A stretch of 37,875 bases of DNA from an uncultured virus (IMG/VR IMGVR_UViG_3300006879_000002) (Duplodnaviria > Heunggongvirae > Uroviricota > Caudoviricetes): IMG/VR virus record IMGVR_UViG_3300006879_000002. The stretch is one strand, 5' to 3'. The number at the start of each line of letters is the position of its first letter. Position 1 is the stretch's first letter. A program made the translations under genes and the position numbers. Of the stretch, positions 19,801 through 29,329 are shown piece by piece. The notes under the pieces are model-generated. The model did no database searches. It was not told where the DNA came from and saw only the letters and a list, made by a program, of their open reading frames with translations.

Positions 19801-20394
19801 AATGATCATCGGCACGTGTACTAGCCACTGCAAGGCGATATTGGAAAACCCGCTTATCGCCATCCCGGTATCGAAGCAGTCCTGTCCGTAAGTCCCCCAT
19901 TCTAGGGCTGAAAACCCATACCTGGAGTAACTTGGCGCTATCACTTCAGAAGCAGGGGCCCCACTTTCGACCGCTACCTCGTGGCTATAGAGCGCTTCCA
20001 TGCGGTCTTGAGCGTTGTCGGAATGGTTCCAGCTGGTGTTTTCGAAATCTGGGAGTACTGTTGACCGGCCAGTAGTCTCTGGGTCGTCGTTGAGCCCCGC
20101 CAACGTGTCAAAACCAGTATAGTTCTGTGGAATAGGGACCTGGTTGGGTCCGCAAATATTCACAAACGTGGCGCCGATGTTCTCAGTCAAATCATCGAAC
20201 CCGAACAAGGCTTGGGCAGACCCCATCGTGAACCCGGACAGGCCGATCAGGAGCGCTGTGGTTGCAACCACCCACCGCACAATCCGCTTCGCCGTGGCGT
20301 GACCTTTGCCTCGAGCGCGCTCTTTGACTGATTGCCGACTGCGTGCCGCGGCGCACTCAAGCGTCGTCTCCGGGCGGTGGGATGGCAGCGACAT
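16894..20394 (-). CDS. VirB6/TcpH-like polytopic T4SS membrane protein with a long C-terminal tail
   Basis: 1166 aa, signal-like N-terminus, multiple TM clusters, Gly/Ala-rich segment after the last TM, immediately downstream of VirB4. Confidence 0.75.
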   Translation of the reverse strand: MSLPSHRPETTLECAAARSRQSVKERARGKGHATAKRIVRWVVATTALLIGLSGFTMGSAQALFGFDDLTENIGATFVNICGPNQVPIPQNYTGFDTLAGLNDDPETTGRSTVLPDFENTSWNHSDNAQDRMEALYSHEVAVESGAPASEVIAPSYSRYGFSALEWGTYGQDCFDTGMAISGFSNIALQWLVHVPMIISMAILKFMMTTDLYGTFGALLQPFIGAMYDLFSPWIYILVPIGVLLTYVFSKGSLQATLKSLAWGVLILATFMLMGNSTSWVVTKAANIVTELAGSAACKFSAADQGESTAGDESNCDPSNPVANVNDALWGGLPYHTWLVGEVGPDAAEVAFERQSEGEVNWGSVLLNANYVGPTTRMDGSVGTDKFGKDVIDATTEWNNASYSPDGDNSKVSLWVEEDYWSKIPYLANIKMMCADMDTMESAAMENGAHARFMYSGASGTGFCHSSAAGTTSMVPHFKGTEYASRLLLVGAGMFGVGAVSITIMVASIYLGYQKMTFFILLFLSPVILAASSLGDSKRRPFARRLAELIGANILKQVAAVCIVLFVSYAMSSLFSDVAFLDIPWTMKPFGALLFFLALVFMAIPIKNLTKGAVKGDTSVIDKEATRPQRTAKTVGKGVAIVGGVAATGGILAAVGGAGAAAGGAGAAAKTAGAAGKMGKVGSALGQGARALGPGSKAGRAMRFTGQVAKGGEGVLNAKASSDGRKSALRQLGTSLIENPKTAGKYHDENGQLLPNAHKMAQKDAKRISESGQARQRAQRAQDEQLAQFFGGYKAATGEESHLDPEHPDNKRQRQLDRERERREMKDAADHDMASAYGGGGYGQPGPGPKDSGGNPPGGAYPHEREQFREQALNNLTEPAFMQDVHYAATGRTQGADVLDAVGVSRAQAVQDPSVLFTSQAYGSDSTARMDPFHPSAGALNDLRFAASAGDQDQLQEALGRASEAIRDHGVPDYVSSVHSIGDKADQFSSASVLGAIPNITPETSLSERAGAARAMMGAQAAMPADHPAREVVGDYTDALADPSADSATLDAARLAAVHEVASVMRESPGVKDSQTPVSAAPGGSDGGMSRSEMRQAVADGVTDAYYRGPQPAGDNASNNGGDAPIFGAPSADGPPVYRERSKRRRSGLLDQLAQDEPDSWDEWDEQ

Positions 20395-20466
20395 CAGTCC
20401 CTTTCCTCGGCTGTTGCTGTGACTATGGTGCTATGCTAATTATAGCGTATTCGCCTTCTGAATCGG

Positions 20467-23214
20467 CTATGTCGTCTTGTTTTTTGCGTCAGTGCTGAAC
20501 ATATCCAGTAAGTCGTCGTCGATGATGTCGACCTGCACGTAGGCCACGGTGCGTTTGGCGTCTCGGAAGAGGAACTGGCCCTTTCGCAAGCTCAACAACA
20601 GGGAGATGTTGGCCGGGGACGGCGTGATGCCGAGAAGGGCACAGGACGCCTTGGCCTCTGCCTCGGATTCCACCCAGCCACACCAGATCGTCGACATGGA
20701 CACTCCAGCTGGCTCAGAAGCATCGGACTCTGCAAAGTCGTTCGCTGACTGCGACAACTGTCGCACCATGCACCGCTTGGATCGCCCCATGCGGCGCAGC
20801 CATTGCAGTAGGGCTGCGGACCTGCCGGAGCGCTTGATCACGTGCCACTCATCGAAGGTGGCGCTCTTGACGTATTGGTCCGGCAGCATGTACAGCATCG
20901 AGCGAATGTAGTCGGTCATCATCCCCGAGATGACGTCGGAGAGCACGGTTTTTTCGGTCTGTTTCTCCCCGGGTGGGGTGGTGGTCATGTTGATGGCCAC
21001 AAACAGAACAATGTCGCCTTGGTTTATGTTGAGGCTGCCGCCGGAGGAAGGGCGGCGGAACAGGTGCCGTCCAAGGATGGTGTTGGCGAAGGTCTCGAGC
21101 GGGTCGAGCAGCGCAGCGACCATGGACTTCACTTCGTGTACGTGGGTTGGGTCGGTGGATAACACCAGGTTGTTGTCCTCGGGCAGTTCCTTGACCCACT
21201 GTGCGAGGGTGTTCCGCACTCCTTGCAGGCACGGCTCCTCTTCGATGGGACGCTCGTCCGGGGACTCCCTCCGGGCGATGACTTCTTCGTAGGTCAACCC
21301 CTGCTCTTTAGCCAACTCGCGGCGTACTGCGTTACGGATGATCCGCTCGCCCAGGTTCCTGTCTTTACCTGGATGTCCCAGCTGACGATCGAGCAGGGTT
21401 TGCATGGTGTCCACGACAGCGGATTCTCGGTCGTCGATTGGAATATTTGGGTTGGTCAAGTCGACCTCTGCTGTCCCGAAGGGGTCGAGACTGACGGAGG
21501 TCGCGGGGTCGAGCAAGTCGACTAGCTTTATTTTGCGTGGGTCGATCCCAAGTCGTTGGGCGTACCGCAGTAGAGCGAAGAAATCACCCTTCGGGTCCCA
21601 TATGGTTTGAGTGACTCCGCGGTGGTAATCCTCAAACGCGCTTTTCAGGCCACGTGAGACTGTCTTGCCGCTACCTGAGTCCCCGGCCACTACCTCCGTG
21701 GGAGCGCGCCCCTCGTCGTCGACTACGTTGAGCAGGTCGTAGAAGACGGGTGCGCCACGCTTGGGTTTGCCCTTGGCGTCTTGGATGATTGTGAAGCCTT
21801 GGTAGAGGCCGGTCCCGTCTGTGTCCCCGACTTGAGACGAGAACCAGGGCTGGGCACTGGCGAGGTATTCGGTATCGGTCTCGTGAATCCAGTCGGTTAC
21901 CTCAACCTCGCCCCCCGGGAAGCTCTGGTAGAAGAGCTCTATCTGGTCATACTTGGGGTTCACCAGTTCCATGTGCAGGTCCTGGTAGTGTTCGATCAAT
22001 CTGGCGATCTTGCGTTGCAGCTGCTTCTTGTCTGTGTCATAGACACAGAACACGGCCTGCCATTTCGCCATGCGCGCACGAGCGAAAGTGTACTTTTGCT
22101 TCACCTCCCGCAGATTGTCGTGCTGCGTTTGGGTTACGTCGTCCAGCGGAGTCCCCGCCTCCTGGTCTTCCTCATGCTGGGCTTCCGCATCATTGATGGG
22201 TCGTTGGATTTCTTTTTGTGCGCGGTTGGAGTCGAGCACTTCAAACCGCAGCGAGACGTCGACAGGGAAGTCCAGAGTGGAGCGATGATGAATCCAATTG
22301 GCGTGATGGCCAACTTCGGTAGGGATGTAGGCCAGCGGGAGGAACGCCGCATAAGCCGTCCCATCCCCAATAGGAGCGTCGATTTCAACCGCGTGGTACC
22401 GGGGCCCACGTGCCCCCTCGCGCCCCAAATACACCACTCTGGTCTGGCTCGCCAGTACCGTGCGCCACCAGCCGATTCCCCACGGTTCGCCGTCTGCGTA
22501 GTCGATAGTGTCGGGGGTGGGAAGGCCTGGAGTGTCCAGGTGGCGCACCAGCCATTCAATGCGGCGTCGGGCATTTGGGTTGGCGGCCAGCCAGGATGCC
22601 CCCAGAGTCTCGGCTATGTTATCGACTCCCTCTTCCCAGTCAGCCAGCTCCTCCGGTCCAGGCTGGGTATCTTCGAGCCCGGCAGAAAGCATCAGGTATT
22701 CCATGCCGTGCCGTAGAAACCCGCGGACGCCACTTGGCCCGCGATCCCCTAGTCGAACGAACAAGTGCGCGTCTCGCTCGAAGAACTCGCGTTCGTTGAT
22801 GGCTTCCCGCGTTGCTCGGATGAATGAGGCGAATGTGGGGTGGGCTGTATCAGCATGACGCGCCACCACAGTACGTTCCCAGTCGTCCGGCGAGTGCACC
22901 TGGTTCGTGATCAGTAGGTGTCCCTGGTTCCCCTTTTCTGCTGGGAACACTTGGGCGAACACCTGGTTGGCTTCTCGGAAGAACCCAGCGATGGTCTCCT
23001 CGTCGGGGAACCCCCAACGCTTCGGAGGAACTTCGAAGCCTGCCCAGGCTGCTTTATCGGATAACAGGACGGTATCGTCAGCGTAGCTGATCGGCAGCCG
23101 GAAGCCTTGCGCCTCAGTGGGGGCAAGAGTGCTGACTCGATCCTCTTGTGTGATCCGCTTACGCGACTGGCTCGTTTTACGGAAATCGTCGATGACATCT
23201 TGAAAAAGAGACAC
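20467..23214 (-). CDS. VirB4-like T4SS ATPase (TcpF/ConE type)
   Basis: Walker A GDSGSGKT, IWDPKGD, Walker B TFDEWH, RMGRS...LSQS, LRKGQFLFRD. Confidence 0.9.
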   Translation of the reverse strand: MSLFQDVIDDFRKTSQSRKRITQEDRVSTLAPTEAQGFRLPISYADDTVLLSDKAAWAGFEVPPKRWGFPDEETIAGFFREANQVFAQVFPAEKGNQGHLLITNQVHSPDDWERTVVARHADTAHPTFASFIRATREAINEREFFERDAHLFVRLGDRGPSGVRGFLRHGMEYLMLSAGLEDTQPGPEELADWEEGVDNIAETLGASWLAANPNARRRIEWLVRHLDTPGLPTPDTIDYADGEPWGIGWWRTVLASQTRVVYLGREGARGPRYHAVEIDAPIGDGTAYAAFLPLAYIPTEVGHHANWIHHRSTLDFPVDVSLRFEVLDSNRAQKEIQRPINDAEAQHEEDQEAGTPLDDVTQTQHDNLREVKQKYTFARARMAKWQAVFCVYDTDKKQLQRKIARLIEHYQDLHMELVNPKYDQIELFYQSFPGGEVEVTDWIHETDTEYLASAQPWFSSQVGDTDGTGLYQGFTIIQDAKGKPKRGAPVFYDLLNVVDDEGRAPTEVVAGDSGSGKTVSRGLKSAFEDYHRGVTQTIWDPKGDFFALLRYAQRLGIDPRKIKLVDLLDPATSVSLDPFGTAEVDLTNPNIPIDDRESAVVDTMQTLLDRQLGHPGKDRNLGERIIRNAVRRELAKEQGLTYEEVIARRESPDERPIEEEPCLQGVRNTLAQWVKELPEDNNLVLSTDPTHVHEVKSMVAALLDPLETFANTILGRHLFRRPSSGGSLNINQGDIVLFVAINMTTTPPGEKQTEKTVLSDVISGMMTDYIRSMLYMLPDQYVKSATFDEWHVIKRSGRSAALLQWLRRMGRSKRCMVRQLSQSANDFAESDASEPAGVSMSTIWCGWVESEAEAKASCALLGITPSPANISLLLSLRKGQFLFRDAKRTVAYVQVDIIDDDLLDMFSTDAKNKTT

Positions 23215-23221
23215 AGTTCCC

Positions 23222-23896
23222 CTATTCCCTCACGGTTGCCAGACTGCCGCGCCGGTCGTGCGGAACGTGGCTCTGGGTGGTGCGGTGCTGCTTCTGTCGG
23301 TCCTGCTCTGCGGCGTGGGCGAGAGCCTGGTCATCCATCCACGTTTGCAGGTCCACGTGTCCAGTTGACCGGGCAAGTAGTTGTTCTGTGCGGGGGTCAG
23401 TCCACTCGGCTTCTGCTCCCAACTCTGCGGTGTAATCCGAGGCGACTGCCCACTCGCGTAGATAGTGTTGGACGAACTGATCGACGGGCCGCTTGGGGGT
23501 CTTGATTGGAACGCCGCGGCGATGAACCGGACTGTCCAACAGGGTGCGGATAAGGCTGCGCAACGTTCCTGCGATGGACTTGTGGTAGGGCATCGGCTTC
23601 ACCGAGCGACACGAGATGAGTGCGGGGACGCCGATGATGATCGTCAGGAAGGCCCACACCCCGACTTTGATGCCGATGAGACTCAATAACGGGCTGATGA
23701 GCAGCGCCTGAAGGATGATCGTGACAAGACAGGAGACTATGAAGACGGCAATCTGGCTGGTGCGCAGTCCTTGACGTAGCGGTACGTAAAAGTCCCCGAA
23801 CTTACGGATTCGCTTGTCGATGGCAAAGAAGGAGTCGTAGCTGTGCCCAACGAGGCCCTTCCTCTCCAGGTCCTCTCCCTCAGTCTCCGTACTCAT
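23222..23896 (-). CDS. TcpE-like (VirB3-equivalent) conjugation membrane protein
   Basis: SYDSFFAIDKRIRKFGDFYVP followed by two TM helices, directly upstream of VirB4. Confidence 0.7.
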   Translation of the reverse strand: MSTETEGEDLERKGLVGHSYDSFFAIDKRIRKFGDFYVPLRQGLRTSQIAVFIVSCLVTIILQALLISPLLSLIGIKVGVWAFLTIIIGVPALISCRSVKPMPYHKSIAGTLRSLIRTLLDSPVHRRGVPIKTPKRPVDQFVQHYLREWAVASDYTAELGAEAEWTDPRTEQLLARSTGHVDLQTWMDDQALAHAAEQDRQKQHRTTQSHVPHDRRGSLATVRE

Positions 23897-23926
23897 TGCG
23901 GCGCCTCACTTGCGATGGTTACGCGG

Positions 23927-24145
23927 TCAGTCGGTGATTGCTTTATCGGCCAGTGAGGTGGCAAAGTCTCGGACCGCCGTCGCCGCTGAGCCAAGAGCGG
24001 ACGGGTCCGCGATAGCGATAATCAAAACCGCCCCGACCCAAGGGACGATTACCGGGCCAAACCGCTTCCCCCTGGTTGCGAAGAGGGCGGCGACCGACAG
24101 TACGAATGCGGCCACAACGACGATCCATGTCATGTTGAAAGGCAT
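23927..24145 (-). CDS. Small hydrophobic protein (VirB2/TcpD-like by position)
   Basis: 72 aa, two TM helices, GGAGG RBS, lies between TcpC-like and TcpE-like genes. Confidence 0.65.
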   Translation of the reverse strand: MPFNMTWIVVVAAFVLSVAALFATRGKRFGPVIVPWVGAVLIIAIADPSALGSAATAVRDFATSLADKAITD

Positions 24146-24261
24146 TGCGATTTTCCTCCAAGAGACCCATGTGGTGTCGATCTACTGTTGTGGGCTGTGC
24201 ATCAGTAGACCCCGTCTCTCCGGCGAGGCGCCGGAGGTGGACTGTGACTGTAACTGGGGAG

Positions 24262-25563
24262 TCATTCCCCCTCTTCCTCAGAGGACGCGGCTGGGGTGTC
24301 CTCTGGTGATTGTGTGTCCGTCTCCGGTGCTGAGCTGTTTCCCCCCTCGGGGGGAACCGCGTCAGCTGGAGCGCCGGATGCGGCTTCCGAGAGTTGGGCT
24401 GCGGGCTCGGGCTCGCCAGCGACGTACCAGCGATCTCCGGCCAGTTTCATGGGCACCCGGTAGGTGGCCTGCACCTCTGCTTCACTCCCTGCGATTGTCC
24501 AGGTTACCGGGACAATCGCGTAGTACACGGTCCCTTCCTGCGGTTGTCCGTTCTTCGGTGTCTGGATTGTCACGTCCTGGACGCTCGGTGGCGGGGTGGA
24601 CACCATGGCACCCCCCAGGCCGATGGTGCGCACACCAGATGCTGTGTATTGGCGCAGCTCGTTGTCATCGGATGCGGCCCAGGCGGCGAAGAATCCCGGG
24701 AAGAAGGATGTGGCCAGCGTTTGCGCCAGCTCTGGATTTTCCCTCAGTCCGTCGGTGTCTCTAAGGTCCTCGCTGGGGTCGGCTGCTCCGGTCCTGGGGG
24801 AGCAAGGGCGTGGTGTAGGTGTGGCTGCGAGGCCGAAAGCCCATTGCACGCTGGTTCCCACCACGGAGTCGGGCTTGTAGGCGTAGACGGGGATAGTGAG
24901 GCAGCGTCGCGAGTCGTCCTCAAGCCGGTAGGCCACGTCTACGAGTGCCCGGTGCTCGCTGAGCACGGTGGGGGAGGTATTGACGGAGGTGAAGGTGACC
25001 GATTGTGTTCCCTGTCCGTTCCACCCGGCCTGCGGGTCCATTCCTTTAGTGAGGTATTGGGCCATGCGCACTTCACGTTCGTCGGGGTTGTCCTCGTCCC
25101 ACGTGGCCCAGTCGTAGGCCACTTGCTCGGCCCAGGACGTTGCTTGTCCTACTGGGTAGTTGCTGCCTTGGTCTCGCATCGCGGTTGCTACTTGGTCCTG
25201 AATGTCTTGGTTGCTGGGCAAAGCGGCGATCACGGCGGTGTTCCACAGAGTGAGTGCGGTAACGACAATGAGCGCGGCCATCATTGCGCTTGCTTTCCAC
25301 CGGTTGCCTCCTAGGAGGCGTGCGCGGCGAGAGACCTTCGGCCTGCTTTTAGTTGGCTGTGGCGTGCGCTCTTGTGGTGCTGGCTTCTCGCGCTTTTTAT
25401 CTTCCCGCTTCTCCTTCGGGTCAGTGAACCAGTGCCATATTCGGCCAGGAATCCCACCACCGCGGGAGGACGTGGAGTGCTGTGCGCTGTCCGGGCGCAC
25501 CTCGTCCACATCAGGGCTGGGAGTTGCGGAGGTGCCCTGATGTGTCTGCGAACGATGCTCCAT
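24262..25563 (-). CDS. TcpC-like (VirB8-equivalent) conjugation protein
   Basis: Cytoplasmic N-terminus, one TM, two NTF2-like halves (WATWD...RMAQYL; FFPGFFAAWAASD...WYV). The ATG at 25563 has a GGAGAAGGA RBS, preferred over the TTG at 25578. Confidence 0.75.
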   Translation of the reverse strand: MEHRSQTHQGTSATPSPDVDEVRPDSAQHSTSSRGGGIPGRIWHWFTDPKEKREDKKREKPAPQERTPQPTKSRPKVSRRARLLGGNRWKASAMMAALIVVTALTLWNTAVIAALPSNQDIQDQVATAMRDQGSNYPVGQATSWAEQVAYDWATWDEDNPDEREVRMAQYLTKGMDPQAGWNGQGTQSVTFTSVNTSPTVLSEHRALVDVAYRLEDDSRRCLTIPVYAYKPDSVVGTSVQWAFGLAATPTPRPCSPRTGAADPSEDLRDTDGLRENPELAQTLATSFFPGFFAAWAASDDNELRQYTASGVRTIGLGGAMVSTPPPSVQDVTIQTPKNGQPQEGTVYYAIVPVTWTIAGSEAEVQATYRVPMKLAGDRWYVAGEPEPAAQLSEAASGAPADAVPPEGGNSSAPETDTQSPEDTPAASSEEEGE

Positions 25564-25651
25564 GTGGTCCTTCTCCAACGGGCTATGTGGCTGTTTCTAG
25601 TGTAGCAGGTGGTTACCGTAATGGCTTTGACTCATAGCGTTTTTGTGTCAT

Positions 25652-28159
25652 TTATACGAACCATGATGAGTCGTTTCCCGCGGTCCCGGTGTCGGCGTCT
25701 TGAGGGTCGTCGACCTTCCCGCTTTTGGGGGCGGTTGGAGCTGCGGATTCGGGTTGTGGGATGCCGTCGTCTGCCCACTGATCAACCTGGGGGTCCAGGG
25801 TGTTCTCTGGCTGCCTGCCTGACGGTGTGTCGACCGGCTGGTCAATTGGCGCCCCGGATGTGTGTTCCTGCTGCGGCACAGCGGATTCCGGTGGGGGATC
25901 GGGTGGTGAGCTGGTCGCGGGTGGGTCGTGTTCTGGGGTCGTGTTTGCCGTGTTGGCGGCGCGGCCCTGTTGTGTAGGTGCTGTGTCTGCGGGCTGGCTC
26001 GCGCGGGTCGGTTGCTTGTGGTTGTTGGCAGGTTCGGCGGGATGGTTGTCCTGGACGATGAACTGCTGCTGATCTGGGGTGTCGTGGGAGTGCACTGTGC
26101 GGTTGGGGGGTGGGGCTTTTTGTGGCTGCTGTTGTGTGTCGTCCGGACTGGGTAGTCGTGTGGGAACGGGGGTGGCGCGAGCAGTCTGGAGCGCTTCTGT
26201 GGTGCTTGCTGCTGTACCCGCGGGGGTGGCGGACTTCTGCGTCGCGGGCACGTAGGGAATGAGGCGCACGAGTGGGGCGTCCCCGTCGTTGTCGTCTTTT
26301 CGCACGCGTTGTCGTCCCCACCAGTGGCCACGGGGGATGATCGGAGCGTCTTTGAACCATATGTGTGCATGGAACCGGGGCACTTGTGCTAGCTCGATGT
26401 TGGGGCGCAGGAACGCGTCAGTGACGATGCTGAGTCTGGTGTCGCCGGAGATGCCGATTGCTTCGCCCTGGAATGATTTCTGACGAGTCTCCTCCTGGGC
26501 CATCCGCTGCATGGCGAATACGTCGGGGACAGTGGACGCTATGTCGGCGGCGCTGTCACGGGAGGGGAGAGACAGTACGACGAAATTGCGGGCGTTGGAT
26601 TGGATTTCCTCAGTGGTGCTTGGGTGCCAGCCAGCGAAGGACTGAGCTGCTGGCCAGACGAACACGCGGGCTCCTTGGGCCATGGTGTAGATCGGGTTCA
26701 TCACCACGACTCGTTCTTCCATTTGTGAAGCCTCGTCGGGGATGACGAACGTGTCGCGCAGTGTGCTCTTGTCTGCGACTCTGCTGCGGGCTGCGATCAG
26801 GATGGAGAGTTGTTTGAACAGGAAGGAGCCGAGCACTTTGACAACCAGGTCGTTGACGGCTGAAGCGATGCCGATGTAGATGAGCCCGCCGTTGTCCATC
26901 ACGTCTTTCATGGACACTGGGTCGGGGTTGTATTCGTTGGGTTTGAGGCGGTCGCCAGCAGCGTTGATGATCTTGTTCAGCTCATTGCGCAGGCCAGTCA
27001 GGTCGGATGCTTTCACCAGGGACGCTTCGTCGTGCCACCGCTCGTATTTTTCTTGCTTCTCGGGGTCGGTGGTTGTGCGCAAAGGGTCGATCCGGTCGAG
27101 GAATCTGGACGGTACGGATGTGTCGAGGAGGAAGTCGAACATTCCCTCGCCTTTGTTGAGGCCGACTTCTTCGGCTGCTTCTAGCTGCATGGGTATCCAT
27201 GCTTCGGCAATGCCGCGGTAGTAGGCTGCGCCTCCGTCTCCGTCTGCGAACTGCATACATTCGATGAGGACGGAGGCTTTGTCTGCTGGTGATCCTGGCC
27301 AATCGAAGAGGTCGTACCAGGAGGAGTCGGAGTTGCCGAGTCCGATGTCGAGGATGTGTACCGGCTGGTCGAGCTCTTCGGCAATCTGCACGAGTCCTTC
27401 TCGTGTGCCCACATCGGCTTTGAAGTCGATGTAGATCATCGTCGCGTCGTTTTCGAGGACGTAGTGGGTGAAGGTGGTGGCGGCGCTGGTTTTGCCCATC
27501 TGGGTGCGTCCGAGGAAGATTCCGTGTCCGATCCCGTTGATTTTGCGTTCTACGACCATGCCGTATCGGGACTGGCGCCATGGAATCCGGTCGTGGGTGA
27601 TGACGCCAAATCGTGCGTACCCGTCCGGCTTGTTGTGCTTGGTGGTTCCGCGGGTCAAGGTTCGGGTGTTACGCCATCTCCTGTAGCGCATTGCCCAGGT
27701 GGGTCGTTGTGGCCGAAGGAACGCTGCGGTGGAGCGCTCTGTTTGGTAGGAGCGAGCGAGCCCGTGCAGACCTTGGGCGATGATGGTGTAGGGGAGTGCG
27801 GCGATCAGTGCAGCTGTAGCAGCGTCCTGTGGTGTGGTTGTGGCTTTGTCGCCGAAGCTGAGCAGGAAGTCGTACCAGTGCGTGAAGATTGCAGTGGGGT
27901 TGGCGGAGAGCACGGGTGCCAGTAGGGCACCAAATGCGATGGTGCGCAGGCCACGTTTACGCCAGGAGTCGTTGTAGTGGCGGTATCCGATCTTGATTCC
28001 GAGCGCGAACACCAACGATGCAGGGTTCAAGATGGCGGCAACCCAGGATAGTGCACGGGTTACTTTGACGATTGGCGCGATCAGTCGTCGGGAGTCGTGG
28101 AACTTGCGGCGCGAGCTCCAGGGGTAGGGGGTGAGCGATTGCCCAGCGTTGATGCTCAT
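25652..28159 (-). CDS. VirD4/TraD-like type IV coupling protein
   Basis: N-terminal TMs, Walker A HGIFLGRTQMGKT, YIDFKAD, Walker B VIPDEA, AAQS, disordered Pro/Thr/Gln tail. Confidence 0.85.
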   Translation of the reverse strand: MSINAGQSLTPYPWSSRRKFHDSRRLIAPIVKVTRALSWVAAILNPASLVFALGIKIGYRHYNDSWRKRGLRTIAFGALLAPVLSANPTAIFTHWYDFLLSFGDKATTTPQDAATAALIAALPYTIIAQGLHGLARSYQTERSTAAFLRPQRPTWAMRYRRWRNTRTLTRGTTKHNKPDGYARFGVITHDRIPWRQSRYGMVVERKINGIGHGIFLGRTQMGKTSAATTFTHYVLENDATMIYIDFKADVGTREGLVQIAEELDQPVHILDIGLGNSDSSWYDLFDWPGSPADKASVLIECMQFADGDGGAAYYRGIAEAWIPMQLEAAEEVGLNKGEGMFDFLLDTSVPSRFLDRIDPLRTTTDPEKQEKYERWHDEASLVKASDLTGLRNELNKIINAAGDRLKPNEYNPDPVSMKDVMDNGGLIYIGIASAVNDLVVKVLGSFLFKQLSILIAARSRVADKSTLRDTFVIPDEASQMEERVVVMNPIYTMAQGARVFVWPAAQSFAGWHPSTTEEIQSNARNFVVLSLPSRDSAADIASTVPDVFAMQRMAQEETRQKSFQGEAIGISGDTRLSIVTDAFLRPNIELAQVPRFHAHIWFKDAPIIPRGHWWGRQRVRKDDNDGDAPLVRLIPYVPATQKSATPAGTAASTTEALQTARATPVPTRLPSPDDTQQQPQKAPPPNRTVHSHDTPDQQQFIVQDNHPAEPANNHKQPTRASQPADTAPTQQGRAANTANTTPEHDPPATSSPPDPPPESAVPQQEHTSGAPIDQPVDTPSGRQPENTLDPQVDQWADDGIPQPESAAPTAPKSGKVDDPQDADTGTAGNDSSWFV

Positions 28160-29190
28160 ACGGTTTGCACCTGTGATTCCGTGAGCGTTCCCAGGTCGGC
28201 TGCGAGCTTGTCTGGAAGGTTGCTCATGTCGAGCAGGTGGATGCCTTGGGTGGGTGGTTGTACTCGTATCCTGAGAGTGAGCGTGCTGTTGCTCCCGAGT
28301 GCTCTGGACGCTCCCTGGGCTACCCGGTTTGCTGTGGCCTGGCTTGCGCAGATGTACCAGACGGCGTGCACGGCGGTGTTCCGGCGGTATGCGCGCAGTT
28401 TGTGCTCGTAGGTTTTGATGGAGCGGTCGGTGTCACGCTCGGCCTCGATAGCGATGTAGCGGCTGCTGTCGTCGTTGAGCACTGCCAGGTCTGGCCGTTT
28501 GGCGACTCGTTGCCCGTTGGGCGAGATGTAGTCGGACTCAAAGGGGGTGTCGAGCAGTAGTCCGTGCTGGGTGGTGGCAGTGGACAGTTCGCGTTCAGAC
28601 AGTACGGTGTAGCCGCTCTCTTCGAGAGCCATTCCGATGTCGGCTGCCATCCATGCGTGTTGCGCTAGCAGTGGGTTGATCCGGTTGCGCATGGTCCACG
28701 GCAATGTGGCCACGGTTCCGCCGATTCGAGTGGCGTACCAGGCGGTGCGTCCGTCTGTGCTCATGTCCGCGCCGACGACGGGACCGAGGTTGCGGGACGG
28801 TTCGTGCTCGATGCGACGTAGTTTGTTGAGCCGGTGCTGGATTGTGTGGAAGGCGCGTTGTGCCGCGTTGCGGTTTTCGGTGTTGTTGTATTCGGGGTGG
28901 AGCGGCCACCAGATGTGTGGGGGATGTTCGGCGCGGATGAGGTGGGTGACGTTAAGCGTGTACCAGCGTCCGAGCATGGCAATTCTGCGTTGGTCGCGTT
29001 CGGTGAACCGTATGCCGTTGTTGGAGCCATTTCTGCTGATGTAGCGGATAGATGATTGCACGTTGGCCATGACTGTGTACGGACTCCCTGGCGTCGTCTG
29101 CGAGCGCTGGTTGCGCGGTTCTGTCGTGTTCCCAGGGTATGCCTTTCGGGGCTGTAAAGCGTCCAAAGACACGCCCAAATCGGTTTCCAA
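28156..29190 (-). CDS. Replication-relaxation (Replic_Relax-like) protein, putative relaxase; start uncertain (TTG 29190 or ATG 29070)
   Basis: wHTH-like FTERDQRRIAMLGRW...RLNKL, AQH, then nuclease motif KRPDLAV...IAIEAER...YEHKLRAY. ATGA-coupled to the coupling protein. Confidence 0.7.
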   Translation of the reverse strand: METDLGVSLDALQPRKAYPGNTTEPRNQRSQTTPGSPYTVMANVQSSIRYISRNGSNNGIRFTERDQRRIAMLGRWYTLNVTHLIRAEHPPHIWWPLHPEYNNTENRNAAQRAFHTIQHRLNKLRRIEHEPSRNLGPVVGADMSTDGRTAWYATRIGGTVATLPWTMRNRINPLLAQHAWMAADIGMALEESGYTVLSERELSTATTQHGLLLDTPFESDYISPNGQRVAKRPDLAVLNDDSSRYIAIEAERDTDRSIKTYEHKLRAYRRNTAVHAVWYICASQATANRVAQGASRALGSNSTLTLRIRVQPPTQGIHLLDMSNLPDKLAADLGTLTESQVQTV

Positions 29191-29218
29191 ATGCCCGTTG
29201 CGTTTCGGACGGTAGAGC

Positions 29219-29327
29219 GTAACGGGTGTTACTGCGCAAATGTTGAAACAAAGCGCCTCATGGCGTAACGGGTGTTACTAGCCGCTTCCTTGCCATGCCA
29301 AGAGAACCCATCCGTAACGGATGTTAA
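29219..29327 (+). repeat. Three copies of GTAACGGGTGTTAC (29219-29232, 29265-29278, degenerate 29314-29327)
   Basis: Read directly from the sequence; starts spaced 46 and 49 nt apart, upstream of the putative relaxase. Confidence 0.9.
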
Positions 29328-29329
29328 TG

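Noticed and set aside
27663..27672. Partial motif CGGGTGTTAC inside the coupling-protein gene
   Set aside because: The left arm is missing and the site is in coding sequence, so it was not counted as a copy.
29219..29327. Mini CRISPR array (three repeats with 32- and 35-nt gaps)
   Set aside because: The repeat is only 14 bp, the third copy is degenerate, the same motif is dispersed singly elsewhere, and there are no cas genes in the window.
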